DNA of 64,000 nt, taken from the NCBI GenBank assembly GCA_965368975.1, contig CBDUPA010000011.1:1-64000 (forward strand), in the 5' to 3' direction. The notes beneath the pieces are model-generated. The model saw only the letters and a list, made by a program, of their open reading frames with translations, searched no databases and was not told where the DNA came from. Below, piece by piece: positions 36,464-45,494 of this stretch (position 1 is the stretch's first letter; each line of letters begins with the position of its first letter). The position numbers and the translations under genes are program-made. The DNA comes from an uncultured bacterium (GTDB taxonomy: Bacteria; Acidobacteriota; Thermoanaerobaculia; Multivoradales; JAHZIX01).

Positions 36464-39400
36464 TCACGGAGCGTTCAGCCACCAGTAGTAGCTCACCGAG
36501 ATGCCGAACGAGTACTTGCTCTCCGGCCGGCCGATGGTACCTACGAACCTTGGAGTGTAGGCGCGCAGCCCATGACTGACGTGCGGTTCGGCCCCCCTGC
36601 ACGGAGGAGGAATACTTCGCTCCGGCCTGCCCGTACTCGGATCAGCACAGTAAGTGATCGTCGGTGACCAGGCCGCGGTGACTTGGGTTTCTGCCTGGGA
36701 GGAGCCTGACGCCGAGCTCCGCCCCTTCCGCCCATAGCCCTTTGGTCCAGGGGCAATGAGACGGTAGAAACCTCCGATTCCGCGTCTGCCAACCAAGGCG
36801 GCCGTCTTGTTGATGCCTGAGGTCAAAGCCTGGTTGATCTTCGTACCGAGCCAGCTAGGGCCGTTGAAGTTGACACCGAAGAAATAGCCAGAGTAGTCGT
36901 CGGGTGAAGGCGTGTCCCACACCAGGCCCAACGCTGTGCCGCCGGTCAGGTTGAAATTGCTGACCCCACTGTTCAGGGAAGACGAGAAATAGCCGTAGGT
37001 GGCAGTGCCAGCCCCGCCTCTGAACTTGAGACTCTCGACCCCGATACCGAGTCCCACCGCTCCCGCTCCGAAGCCGGTCTCCCCTGCGAAGCCCGAGTAG
37101 AATGCATCGAGCCGCTGATGCTCCTGGAAGGCCACGGTCAAACCAAACCCGGTGTGCAGCGCGGCAGAGAAGCTGCCGAAGCTCTTGGCGCTGGCTCTGA
37201 CCGCCAGCGCGACGTGAATGGTGCCCACGATCGCGAAGGCGACGGTGATCTTCTGGATCGTGGTGAGCCGACCGTCACGGTCGACTCGATTGATGGGGTC
37301 ACCGTAGGTATATACGTACCGGTTGAGCGATCGCGAGTCCTGCAGGTCGGCCTCCGCTCCGTCGGGTTGTGTGAAGCGTGCAATCTCCGGCGAGTACCAG
37401 CGGTGGTGTAGGAACACCAGGCCGGTGGCCGCGTCCCGATACGCACCGAGGAAGTCGAGGTCCGTGCCGAGCTCTCCGTCGCGCACGCCGAAGGCACCAG
37501 CAGGGGTGTCGTCGACGACCGCGCCCGTGCTCGCCAGAGCTTGGACCGTGCCCAGGTGATCGGCCATGAGAGTACGGGTACCCAACCCTGCTTCAAACAT
37601 TTGCAGAGGACCGTCGTCACCGTAGTCGTAGTGGCGCAGGAGAGCGCCAGCGGCGTCGCGCGTTTCGATCAGGCGTGGGAACTGGCTGCTGACGCGGTCC
37701 CAGACGAAGTCGACTCGAACACCGTCCTGCTCTCGGCTGAGCAACAGCCCGTCGATGGCGTAGCGATAGTCGACGACGGTCGGCGATGGGCCGGACCGTT
37801 CGAAGCGCGTCAGGCGTTTCTGGCTGTCGTAGATGAACGACTCGGTGGATGTGCCATCGCTCCGAGACGTCAGGCTGCCGTTGTCGTCCCAACCGTAGGT
37901 CCAAGTGCCATCCTGGAGCAGCCGGTCGTTGGCGTCGTAGGCGAGGGCGTGAGTACCGGAGGGAGCAGTGAGCGAGATCAGGTTGCCTCCGGCGTCGTAC
38001 GCGTAGCGCTTCACGCTCGTCGAACCGCCGTTGGATGTGGTTTCCTCCTGCAGCCGCCCCATGGCGTCGTAGACGTAGGAAACGGCTCGGCCCGGGGATT
38101 CTTGAAAGCCCGAAATCTGCCCGTTGGTGTCGTAGCTGTAGGTGATCCGGCGGATAGAGCTTCCCGAAGGCGACTGGTAGTCGAGACTGAGGACTCTGTC
38201 CGCGATGTCGTAACTGCGCAGGACGCTGCTGCTGTCGGGCATGTCCACTTGCAGAGGGCGGCCGCCGTCGTCGCGCGTCCAGGTCGTGGTGCCTTCTGGG
38301 CCGGTCTTCGATGCCAAGAAGCCACGCGCGTCGTAGAGGTAGGTCGTCGTGCCGCGCGGCGTGGTCATGGATGCCAAGCGTCCGGCGGCATCGAAGCCGT
38401 AACTGGTGACCGGTCCCCCGGCCGGCTCTCTCCAGCTGACCAACCGGCCCGCTGCGTCGTAGGTCATCTCGGTCGTGCCGTTGACGTCTGTCTTGGTGAG
38501 CAGGCGACCCATGTCGTCGAAGGTCGAGACTTCGGAACCGTCCGGGGCGCTGCGGGTGCTGGTGCGGTTGACGTCGTCGTAGTTCCATGTCGTCGTCGTG
38601 CCGTTGAAGTCGGTACAACTCGCCGGGCGCCCGTCACTGTCGTAGGTGCACTGCTCGGTTTGCCCCCCGGGCAGGGTGCGGCCGATCTCGCGTCCACGGG
38701 CGTCATGCAGGACGAGCGTAGTGTTGCCCCGCGGGTCGGTGACCCGGTCGAGGGAGCCGTCCGAGTCGTGGCTGTAGTGAGCGACGGAACCATCCGGTGC
38801 ATGGATCGTCGAGATTCTGCCCCCCGGCGAGTACTCGAGGCTCCATGGCAGACCGAAGAAGTCGGTGAAGGTCTCGAGTCGGCCGTTGGCGTCGTAGGTT
38901 CGGGATCGGGTAGCGCCGTCGGGGAAGGTGACGCGGGTCACCTGGCCGTTGCGGTCATGGTCGAAAGCGTAGGTGGTGCCGATGGGTCCTGTTGCCGAGG
39001 TGATCCGCCCTGCCGCGTCGTAGTTGGTCGTGATCCTGGCTCCGCCGGGCAGCTCGGTGGCGATGACACTGCCGTTGGCGTCGTAGGTGTAGGTCCGGGT
39101 ATTGCCGGCGCCGTTGCTCACCGATTGCAGCCGGCCGGCAGCGTCCCAGGTCTGGGACTTGGTCCCGCCTCCCAACACGGTGCTGGTGACCGAGCGGCCC
39201 AGTGCATCGTAGGCGCGGGTTACGATAAGTCCCTCCGGCAGGGTGGCCTCGAGGGCCCGGCCCTCGGCGTCATAATCGACCTGCGTGGCTGTTCGACCGG
39301 CGACGACGGCGCTCGCGGGCCGGCCCTGGGCGTCGCGTTGGAGGGACCACGCTCGCACCGGGTTGACCGCCCCGATCAGCTGGTTGTTGGCGTCGAAGGA

Positions 39401-42400
39401 CGTGGTGGCGATCTCGCCCAGCGGTGAGTCGAATTGCCGCAGATTGCCTTCCTCGTCGTAGTTGTAAGCCCAATCCACGGGCACCACACCGGCATCCGTG
39501 ACCAGTGTGCGGTGCTCGCCGATCAGCTGACCCCGGGCGTCGTTGTCGAGGGTGACGGTCACCCCTTCAGGGCCGGTCCAGGAGAGGGGGCGACCTTGGC
39601 CGTCGTAGGTGTAGGCGTCCACGGCGCCACTGGCATCGCGCATCTCGGTTACGTTTCCGGCCCCGTCGTAGCCCCACCGAGTGACGTTACCCTCGGGGTC
39701 GCGCGATGTCAGGCGATTGCCGCGCGAGTCGTAGGTGTTCACGATCTGCTCGCCCAGAGGGTTGGTGACCGTCAGCGGATTGCCGAGGTCGTCGTAGGTC
39801 GTCGAGCTCACCCTACCCATGGGGTCGGTGACCGTGAGTGGACGCCCCTGTGCATCGTAGGTCCAGCTGGTGACGTTGCCCAGCGGATCGGTGCGGGAGA
39901 GCTGATTGCCGAAGGTGTCGTACGACCGCAGCCACCGGTGGCCCAGTGCGTCGACGACGGCGGTGACATTGCCCAAGGCGTCGTACTCGAACACCGTGGT
40001 GTTCCCCAGCCGGTCCGTGACCTCCTCGCGCTGGCCCGCGATGTCGTGGGTGAAGACGACTTCCTTGCCATCCGCGTCCAACTGGCGGATCAACCGGCCG
40101 TCGGCGTCGTACTCGTTGCGCAGCGCGCGGTTGCCCAGGGGATCCTCGACGCGGAGCAAGTCATGCCGGGCTCCGTAGAAGAACCGCGTCGTATTGCCAC
40201 GGAAATCCGTCGCTGTGCTCAGGTCACCCACAGCCGAGTACGTGTAAGTGCGCTCGTTGCCCAGCGGGTCGGTCACCTTCACGATACGGTCCCGCGCGTC
40301 GCGCTCGAAGGCCACGCTGCTGCCGGAAGAATGGGTCAAGCCGCCGGCATCGAAGGCCAAGCTGTTGCCATTGCGATCCTCGATCAGGGTGACACCCGAC
40401 GGCCCGAACTCGATCCGCACATCGGTTTCCGTGGTGTAGCGGAACTGTTCCGGCACGAACAGCGAAAAGTCGCTGTCGTCGAGCAGCGATACGGCGCCCG
40501 GCTGCGCGTCCGCGATCCTCAGGAAGATACCGTCAGGTACCTCCAGGCGACCGCGGGTTCCCGGCAGGGGTTGGAAGCTGCCCGAGACGAAGGAGAACGG
40601 CACCAGTGGCGACACGGTCACGCTGGGCACGAAGTCGAACCTCTCGGCACGCTGTCCGGGAATCTGCACGGCACACCGATGCAGTCGAGTCGGCACCAGG
40701 CTGAAAGCGAGCCCGGATCGACCGACGAACCAGCCCTCGCCGAGGGGGTTGGTGCAGGTGAGCTCGACCGTCTGGAGTCCGAGGCGCCAACCAACGCCGA
40801 AGTCGCCTTGACGCTTGTCGCGGCTGTCGTAGGTGCGCGACACCGTGATCGGGATGCCAGAGAGCGGTACCTCGAGATCGGTGAAGTCCAGGGTGAAGTG
40901 GCCGATCTTCCGCTCACCGTCGACCTGGACGGTGACCTGGTCGATGGTCTGGTTGCCACCGGCGTCGAGAACGGTGAGCCGGAGTGCGTAGAGACCATTG
41001 AGCAGCAGCGTCGGATCGAGATCCCCCAGCTTGCCGCCGACGATCGGTGCCGTACCACCGCCGATGCCGGTGAACGTTTCCTCGCCCGCCGGCGAGATCG
41101 CCAGCTCGTAGCGCACCAGATTGGGATCGTTGGCCGTACCGAGAACCTCGATCGGACCGAAGACGCTTTCCCCATCCTGCGGCGAGGCGATCTCCACCGT
41201 CGGTGCGTCGTCGTCCGAGCCGTCGAAGTCGGTCACATTGACCATGGCTGTACCGACGACGGCATCCACGGTGGCCGTGATCTGCGCGGGTCCGGTGTTC
41301 GCAATGGCGATCAAGCGGCCACCGGGTGAGACTGTCGCCGTGGTGCTGTTGAGGCTCTGCCAGGTTGCAAGTGAGGTGGCTATCTGGCTGGTGCCATCGG
41401 CGAAGATGGCGTAGGCCTGGAGCTGAAAGGTCTCCCCGGCCAGCAAGTCGAGCATGTCGGGTCGAATGACGACCTGGGCGACCGGCTCGCTTCCGTCGAA
41501 ACCGTCACAGTCCTGGTCGATCCCGTCGCCCGCCGGATCAGGAGCACCGGGGAAGATGGTGTTGTCGCCGTCGTTGCAGTCGCCGCCGTTCTCGGTGAAG
41601 GTGTCGCCATCGTTGTCGACATCCTCCGGCGCGGGACCAAGAGAGATCACGAGATCGACCGCGTTGCCGAACTCGGTGACCGAACCACCGATCGGGGTCT
41701 GGGCGCTGACCGCACCCGCCGGAACCGTCGGGTGGAGGGTCTCCGACACCTTGCCCACCAGGAGATTCGCCGCCAGGATGTCCGCCTCGGCGGCCGCCTT
41801 CGGTAGGCCCACGACGTCGGGGGTGGTGACGGGATCACCGACTTCGAGATCCCACGACTGGTCGACGGCGAAACCAATGGTGTCGGTCGCCAGGAGGCTC
41901 ACCGGGAAGATGCCGTTGGTGTCCGGCAACCACCGCACCTCGCCGGTGACTGGATCGACGGTCATGCCGTCGGGTCCGGCGGTGAGGTGGAAGGTGACGG
42001 TGTCGCCGAGGTCCGGGTCGACCACGATCGGCGCGTAGGTGTACTGGAAACCGCGGGTGGTGAGCGCGTCCGGCTCGGTGAGGAAACGGGGCGGATTGCC
42101 GGCGGGCAGAATGTCGAGGGTCACGGTGGCGCCGCCCGAATCGAGCACGCCGTCGTTGGCGCGATAGGTGAACGTCTGCATCGTCCCGATCAGCGGATCC
42201 GGCTCCTGTTCGAGCAGGAAATAGCCGTTGCGGCCCGGCTGCAGCCAATGGGGCACGGGATTCGTCGGAATGGTCAGGTCCGGGTTGACCATCGCCTCGT
42301 TGAAGTTCCACTGGTTGCGATAAGGCGGCGCCGCCGGCAGCGGATTGGCCGCGCTTCCGGTCCAGACCCTCAGGTAGTCCGTTCCGAGCACGCTCCACGA

Positions 42401-45307
42401 GATGATGATCTCGGCATCCCCATCCTGGTCGACGTCGGCGACTGCGGTGAGATTGTGCTCGCCAGTCTTGCGGTTCGGTGCCTCGGCCATCGCCAGCACG
42501 CTTCCGTCGGTGCCATCGATGACGTACACCTGGCCGTCAGTAGCGGTGCTCGGAGTGTGACGGAAGACCAGGTCGTGTGCGCCGTCTCGGTTCGCGTCGA
42601 AGGCGATGGCGCCCTCGTCGTCCCGAAACAGGTTCGCCACGTCCAGGGACGCGTTGCCCTCGTGGCTCCAGAGCAGGGACGTACCGGCGGCTCCGATGTC
42701 GAGAACCTGGAGGAAGCAGCGGTTCTCACCGGCGTCACAGGGCATGTCGCTCATCTCGAGCTCTTCATCGCCATCGAAATCGGCGACGACGATCTGACTC
42801 TCGACGACGTTGGGAATCGCCTCCTGCCACTTGACCGTGCCGTCGTGCTCGAAGAGATAGCGGTTCCTTCGGTCGCGGCCCAGAAGCTCTGGAAAAGCAT
42901 CGTCGTCGAAGTTGGCCACGGCCAGGACGAGGTGACCTGCCGTCACCGTGCCGACGGAGACGGGTGTCGGCAGGCGAAACTCGACCTCTCCCGTCTGAGC
43001 TGGTCCACCGACCGGCCCCGGCATGCCGTCATGGTCGAGCACGGTGTTGTGGACGATCACCTCCATCGTGCCATCGAGGTCGAGATCGGCAACGGTGGCC
43101 ATCTTCTGGTCGTTACTGCCCCCCTGCCGGAAATCGGACATGTACTCCCACTGGATGGTGCCGTCCTCGGCGTTGTAGACGATGACGCCGGAGTAGACGT
43201 TGTGGTTGAAGCCCATGTCGATGCCGACGACGATCTCGACCGTTCCGTCGGCATCAATGTCCACGAGCTCGAGACCGGCGCTGTGCAGCTTGCCGCTGCC
43301 ACCGTTGGTGGTCGAGAGGTAGTGCGAGGTCCCCGTGACCCAGGCGAGGCTGCCGTCGTGGTGGACGGCGATCAGATGCTCGCCGTCGATACTGGCCGCT
43401 GGATCGTAGTTTCGAGCGCCGATCAGCTCGAGGTCGCCATCGCCGTCGATGTCCAGGAGAGCGACCTTGGACGAGGTGTACACTCCGCCGTGGCTCGCCA
43501 CCAGGCTGTAGTCCATGACCGGGTTCCCAACGGCGTCCCGCTCCTCGATGCAGGTATCGGCATCGACGATCCAGAACTCACCGTTGCAGGTGCATCCCGC
43601 CATGTGATCCACGCCGACGATCTCGAGGTCGCCGTCGCCGTCGACGTCACCCACCGCCAGCGTTCCCCGGGTCGAGAAGCCGCGTTCAGGGGTAGACGGT
43701 CCGGTCTGGCACAGCAGCTCGAGCTCGACCGGCGTCGTCCGATCCGGAGGCTCGAGCAGGAACTCGAACGAGCCATCGGCGGCAAGGGAGAGATCGCCCT
43801 GGGCCACGTCGGTAGCGAGCACCGCGGTCAAGGCGTCTCCGTTCGGGTCCGAGTCGTTGGTCAGCACGCCCGGCGCGGCGACCTGGAGCCTGTCGCCAAG
43901 ACGCGCCTCGAAGACATCGTTCCGAGCCTGCGGCGCGACGTTGATCTCCAGCACCTCGACCGCGAAGTGGGTGAAGTCGAGGTGGCCGTCGGCATCGTCC
44001 ACTTGTACGGTGACATCGTGCATGCCGACCTGGTGAGTGCCGGGCGTCCAGGAGACCGCGCCGCTCGCCGGGTCGATCGTCATGCCTGGCGGCGACAAGG
44101 GCAGGGAGAACGTCAGCGTGTCGTTGGGCAGGTCGGGGTCGGTGGCGGTTGTGTTGAGATTCAGGGTCGCGAGTTCGACGACCTGCCGCCCGGCGATGGC
44201 ATCCAGGGTGGGAGGCCCGCCTAGATCCCGCACGTCGACCGTGAAGGTTCGCTCGTCGCTTGCGCCCGCCCGGTCGGTGACCCGGACCCGGAAGGTGTGA
44301 GCACCGATCTGGGCACTGCTGGGCACCCAAAGGAGTGAACCATTCGCCAGATCGATACTGGCGCCGGCCGGACGCTCCACCAAGCTCCAGCTGAGCGTGT
44401 CAGCGGGCAGGTCGAGATCGTTGGCTGCAGCCACCAGCGCGACGATCTCGCGCTCGCGTACCTGCAGGTCGGCTAGCGGCTCCAACACCGGCGCGCTGTT
44501 GGGCGCGGTCTGCGCGATGCAGATCGTGTCGCGAACGTCGACCAGCGTGTCACCGTTGCAGTCTGGATCACCCGGCGCGACACCGCGCTCCAGAATCTGG
44601 TCGACGATGACCGCAATGTCGGCGGCATTGACGGATCCGTCACCGTTGGCGTCACCGGGTTGGACGGCAGCGTACGCCAGGGGTGCGAGAGCAAGACCGA
44701 GCCCGAGCACGACGAGGGCCACGGTGCCGCGACGCAGCCTGTGCAGCGCGAATCCGAGCAGCACGCAGATCAACAATACAAGGCTCCAACCCCCGAGCGT
44801 CGGGATCTCCAGGGGGGACTGGGCCAGCGCAACCACCACCTGGCCGTCTACGACTTCGGTAGGCGACACTGCCAGCGCGGATGTGGACGCGACCAGCAAC
44901 GACTCCACCATCACCGGCCAGGTACCGACCGGGGCGTCGGCGGCGATCTGGAAGGGAACGACGATCAAGCCGCCATCGGCCAGAGCGGAGGGCGTGCCGG
45001 TCACCACGGTGACGCGGAGGCGGCCTGGACTGATCTCGGTCCAGTCCAGGCTGTGGTCTACGAGGGCGCTGCCGGCGGTAGGTGTCCCCGCGTCAAGAAC
45101 CGCATCGTCCCAGGTCAGATCGAACTGCACCGCCGCGCCATCTGCGCCCGACGTCCAGTCGAAGGCGACCAACACATCGCTTCCCGGGGCACCCTCGGCG
45201 GAGAGCCCGATCAGGTTCGGCTGCGCCACCGCCGCTGGCGTCACCAGGATGCCGAGTAGCAAGAGTACGAAGGGAGCGGAAGAGAGTCTCCGTGCAACAT
45301 CAGACAT
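36464..45307 (-). CDS. giant RHS/YD-repeat protein: SP-cohesin-IPTL-CTERM-second SP-dockerin-Ig repeats-FG-GAP propeller-PASTA-MopE-like repeat-Ig-RHS core-C-terminal cargo
   Basis: VQFDLTWD cohesin; IPTLGGW-TM-HRLRR; GDANGDGSVNAAD/DCNGDTLVDVRD dockerin; He_PIG-type Ig (PPGMTIDPASG); PDVVGL PASTA; DCND...DGIDQDCDG; many YD repeats; core end RWYSPEIARFTQPD...NRYVY...DPINRVDRDG. Confidence 0.92.
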   Translation of the reverse strand: MSDVARRLSSAPFVLLLLGILVTPAAVAQPNLIGLSAEGAPGSDVLVAFDWTSGADGAAVQFDLTWDDAVLDAGTPTAGSALVDHSLDWTEISPGRLRVTVVTGTPSALADGGLIVVPFQIAADAPVGTWPVMVESLLVASTSALAVSPTEVVDGQVVVALAQSPLEIPTLGGWSLVLLICVLLGFALHRLRRGTVALVVLGLGLALAPLAYAAVQPGDANGDGSVNAADIAVIVDQILERGVAPGDPDCNGDTLVDVRDTICIAQTAPNSAPVLEPLADLQVREREIVALVAAANDLDLPADTLSWSLVERPAGASIDLANGSLLWVPSSAQIGAHTFRVRVTDRAGASDERTFTVDVRDLGGPPTLDAIAGRQVVELATLNLNTTATDPDLPNDTLTFSLPLSPPGMTIDPASGAVSWTPGTHQVGMHDVTVQVDDADGHLDFTHFAVEVLEINVAPQARNDVFEARLGDRLQVAAPGVLTNDSDPNGDALTAVLATDVAQGDLSLAADGSFEFLLEPPDRTTPVELELLCQTGPSTPERGFSTRGTLAVGDVDGDGDLEIVGVDHMAGCTCNGEFWIVDADTCIEERDAVGNPVMDYSLVASHGGVYTSSKVALLDIDGDGDLELIGARNYDPAASIDGEHLIAVHHDGSLAWVTGTSHYLSTTNGGSGKLHSAGLELVDIDADGTVEIVVGIDMGFNHNVYSGVIVYNAEDGTIQWEYMSDFRQGGSNDQKMATVADLDLDGTMEVIVHNTVLDHDGMPGPVGGPAQTGEVEFRLPTPVSVGTVTAGHLVLAVANFDDDAFPELLGRDRRNRYLFEHDGTVKWQEAIPNVVESQIVVADFDGDEELEMSDMPCDAGENRCFLQVLDIGAAGTSLLWSHEGNASLDVANLFRDDEGAIAFDANRDGAHDLVFRHTPSTATDGQVYVIDGTDGSVLAMAEAPNRKTGEHNLTAVADVDQDGDAEIIISWSVLGTDYLRVWTGSAANPLPAAPPYRNQWNFNEAMVNPDLTIPTNPVPHWLQPGRNGYFLLEQEPDPLIGTMQTFTYRANDGVLDSGGATVTLDILPAGNPPRFLTEPDALTTRGFQYTYAPIVVDPDLGDTVTFHLTAGPDGMTVDPVTGEVRWLPDTNGIFPVSLLATDTIGFAVDQSWDLEVGDPVTTPDVVGLPKAAAEADILAANLLVGKVSETLHPTVPAGAVSAQTPIGGSVTEFGNAVDLVISLGPAPEDVDNDGDTFTENGGDCNDGDNTIFPGAPDPAGDGIDQDCDGFDGSEPVAQVVIRPDMLDLLAGETFQLQAYAIFADGTSQIATSLATWQSLNSTTATVSPGGRLIAIANTGPAQITATVDAVVGTAMVNVTDFDGSDDDAPTVEIASPQDGESVFGPIEVLGTANDPNLVRYELAISPAGEETFTGIGGGTAPIVGGKLGDLDPTLLLNGLYALRLTVLDAGGNQTIDQVTVQVDGERKIGHFTLDFTDLEVPLSGIPITVSRTYDSRDKRQGDFGVGWRLGLQTVELTCTNPLGEGWFVGRSGLAFSLVPTRLHRCAVQIPGQRAERFDFVPSVTVSPLVPFSFVSGSFQPLPGTRGRLEVPDGIFLRIADAQPGAVSLLDDSDFSLFVPEQFRYTTETDVRIEFGPSGVTLIEDRNGNSLAFDAGGLTHSSGSSVAFERDARDRIVKVTDPLGNERTYTYSAVGDLSTATDFRGNTTRFFYGARHDLLRVEDPLGNRALRNEYDADGRLIRQLDADGKEVVFTHDIAGQREEVTDRLGNTTVFEYDALGNVTAVVDALGHRWLRSYDTFGNQLSRTDPLGNVTSWTYDAQGRPLTVTDPMGRVSSTTYDDLGNPLTVTNPLGEQIVNTYDSRGNRLTSRDPEGNVTRWGYDGAGNVTEMRDASGAVDAYTYDGQGRPLSWTGPEGVTVTLDNDARGQLIGEHRTLVTDAGVVPVDWAYNYDEEGNLRQFDSPLGEIATTSFDANNQLIGAVNPVRAWSLQRDAQGRPASAVVAGRTATQVDYDAEGRALEATLPEGLIVTRAYDALGRSVTSTVLGGGTKSQTWDAAGRLQSVSNGAGNTRTYTYDANGSVIATELPGGARITTNYDAAGRITSATGPIGTTYAFDHDRNGQVTRVTFPDGATRSRTYDANGRLETFTDFFGLPWSLEYSPGGRISTIHAPDGSVAHYSHDSDGSLDRVTDPRGNTTLVLHDARGREIGRTLPGGQTEQCTYDSDGRPASCTDFNGTTTTWNYDDVNRTSTRSAPDGSEVSTFDDMGRLLTKTDVNGTTEMTYDAAGRLVSWREPAGGPVTSYGFDAAGRLASMTTPRGTTTYLYDARGFLASKTGPEGTTTWTRDDGGRPLQVDMPDSSSVLRSYDIADRVLSLDYQSPSGSSIRRITYSYDTNGQISGFQESPGRAVSYVYDAMGRLQEETTSNGGSTSVKRYAYDAGGNLISLTAPSGTHALAYDANDRLLQDGTWTYGWDDNGSLTSRSDGTSTESFIYDSQKRLTRFERSGPSPTVVDYRYAIDGLLLSREQDGVRVDFVWDRVSSQFPRLIETRDAAGALLRHYDYGDDGPLQMFEAGLGTRTLMADHLGTVQALASTGAVVDDTPAGAFGVRDGELGTDLDFLGAYRDAATGLVFLHHRWYSPEIARFTQPDGAEADLQDSRSLNRYVYTYGDPINRVDRDGRLTTIQKITVAFAIVGTIHVALAVRASAKSFGSFSAALHTGFGLTVAFQEHQRLDAFYSGFAGETGFGAGAVGLGIGVESLKFRGGAGTATYGYFSSSLNSGVSNFNLTGGTALGLVWDTPSPDDYSGYFFGVNFNGPSWLGTKINQALTSGINKTAALVGRRGIGGFYRLIAPGPKGYGRKGRSSASGSSQAETQVTAAWSPTITYCADPSTGRPERSIPPPCRGAEPHVSHGLRAYTPRFVGTIGRPESKYSFGISVSYYWWLNAP

Positions 45308-45494
45308 GAATCGAATCCCTCGTGCGAATGAGCTTTGTGCGGTGTCGCGTGTGTGGTGTCGTCGTCTGGGTTGAGGCTGTGAACCAAGCCCCTCATCTCC
45401 TTCTGCGTAGAATCGCGAAACAGAGGACAGACTTTCGTGGGAAATGCTTTGGTCCGTGTCAGACTTGGATGATCACCCCCGGAGGGAGCTTCCC

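Noticed and set aside
37541-44224. Long plus-strand ORFs (628, 631 and 745 aa) opposite the RHS gene, and similar ORFs opposite the PKS, AMT and SNF2 genes
   Set aside because: Antisense shadows typical of high-GC codon bias; no motifs, and they fully overlap well-supported genes.
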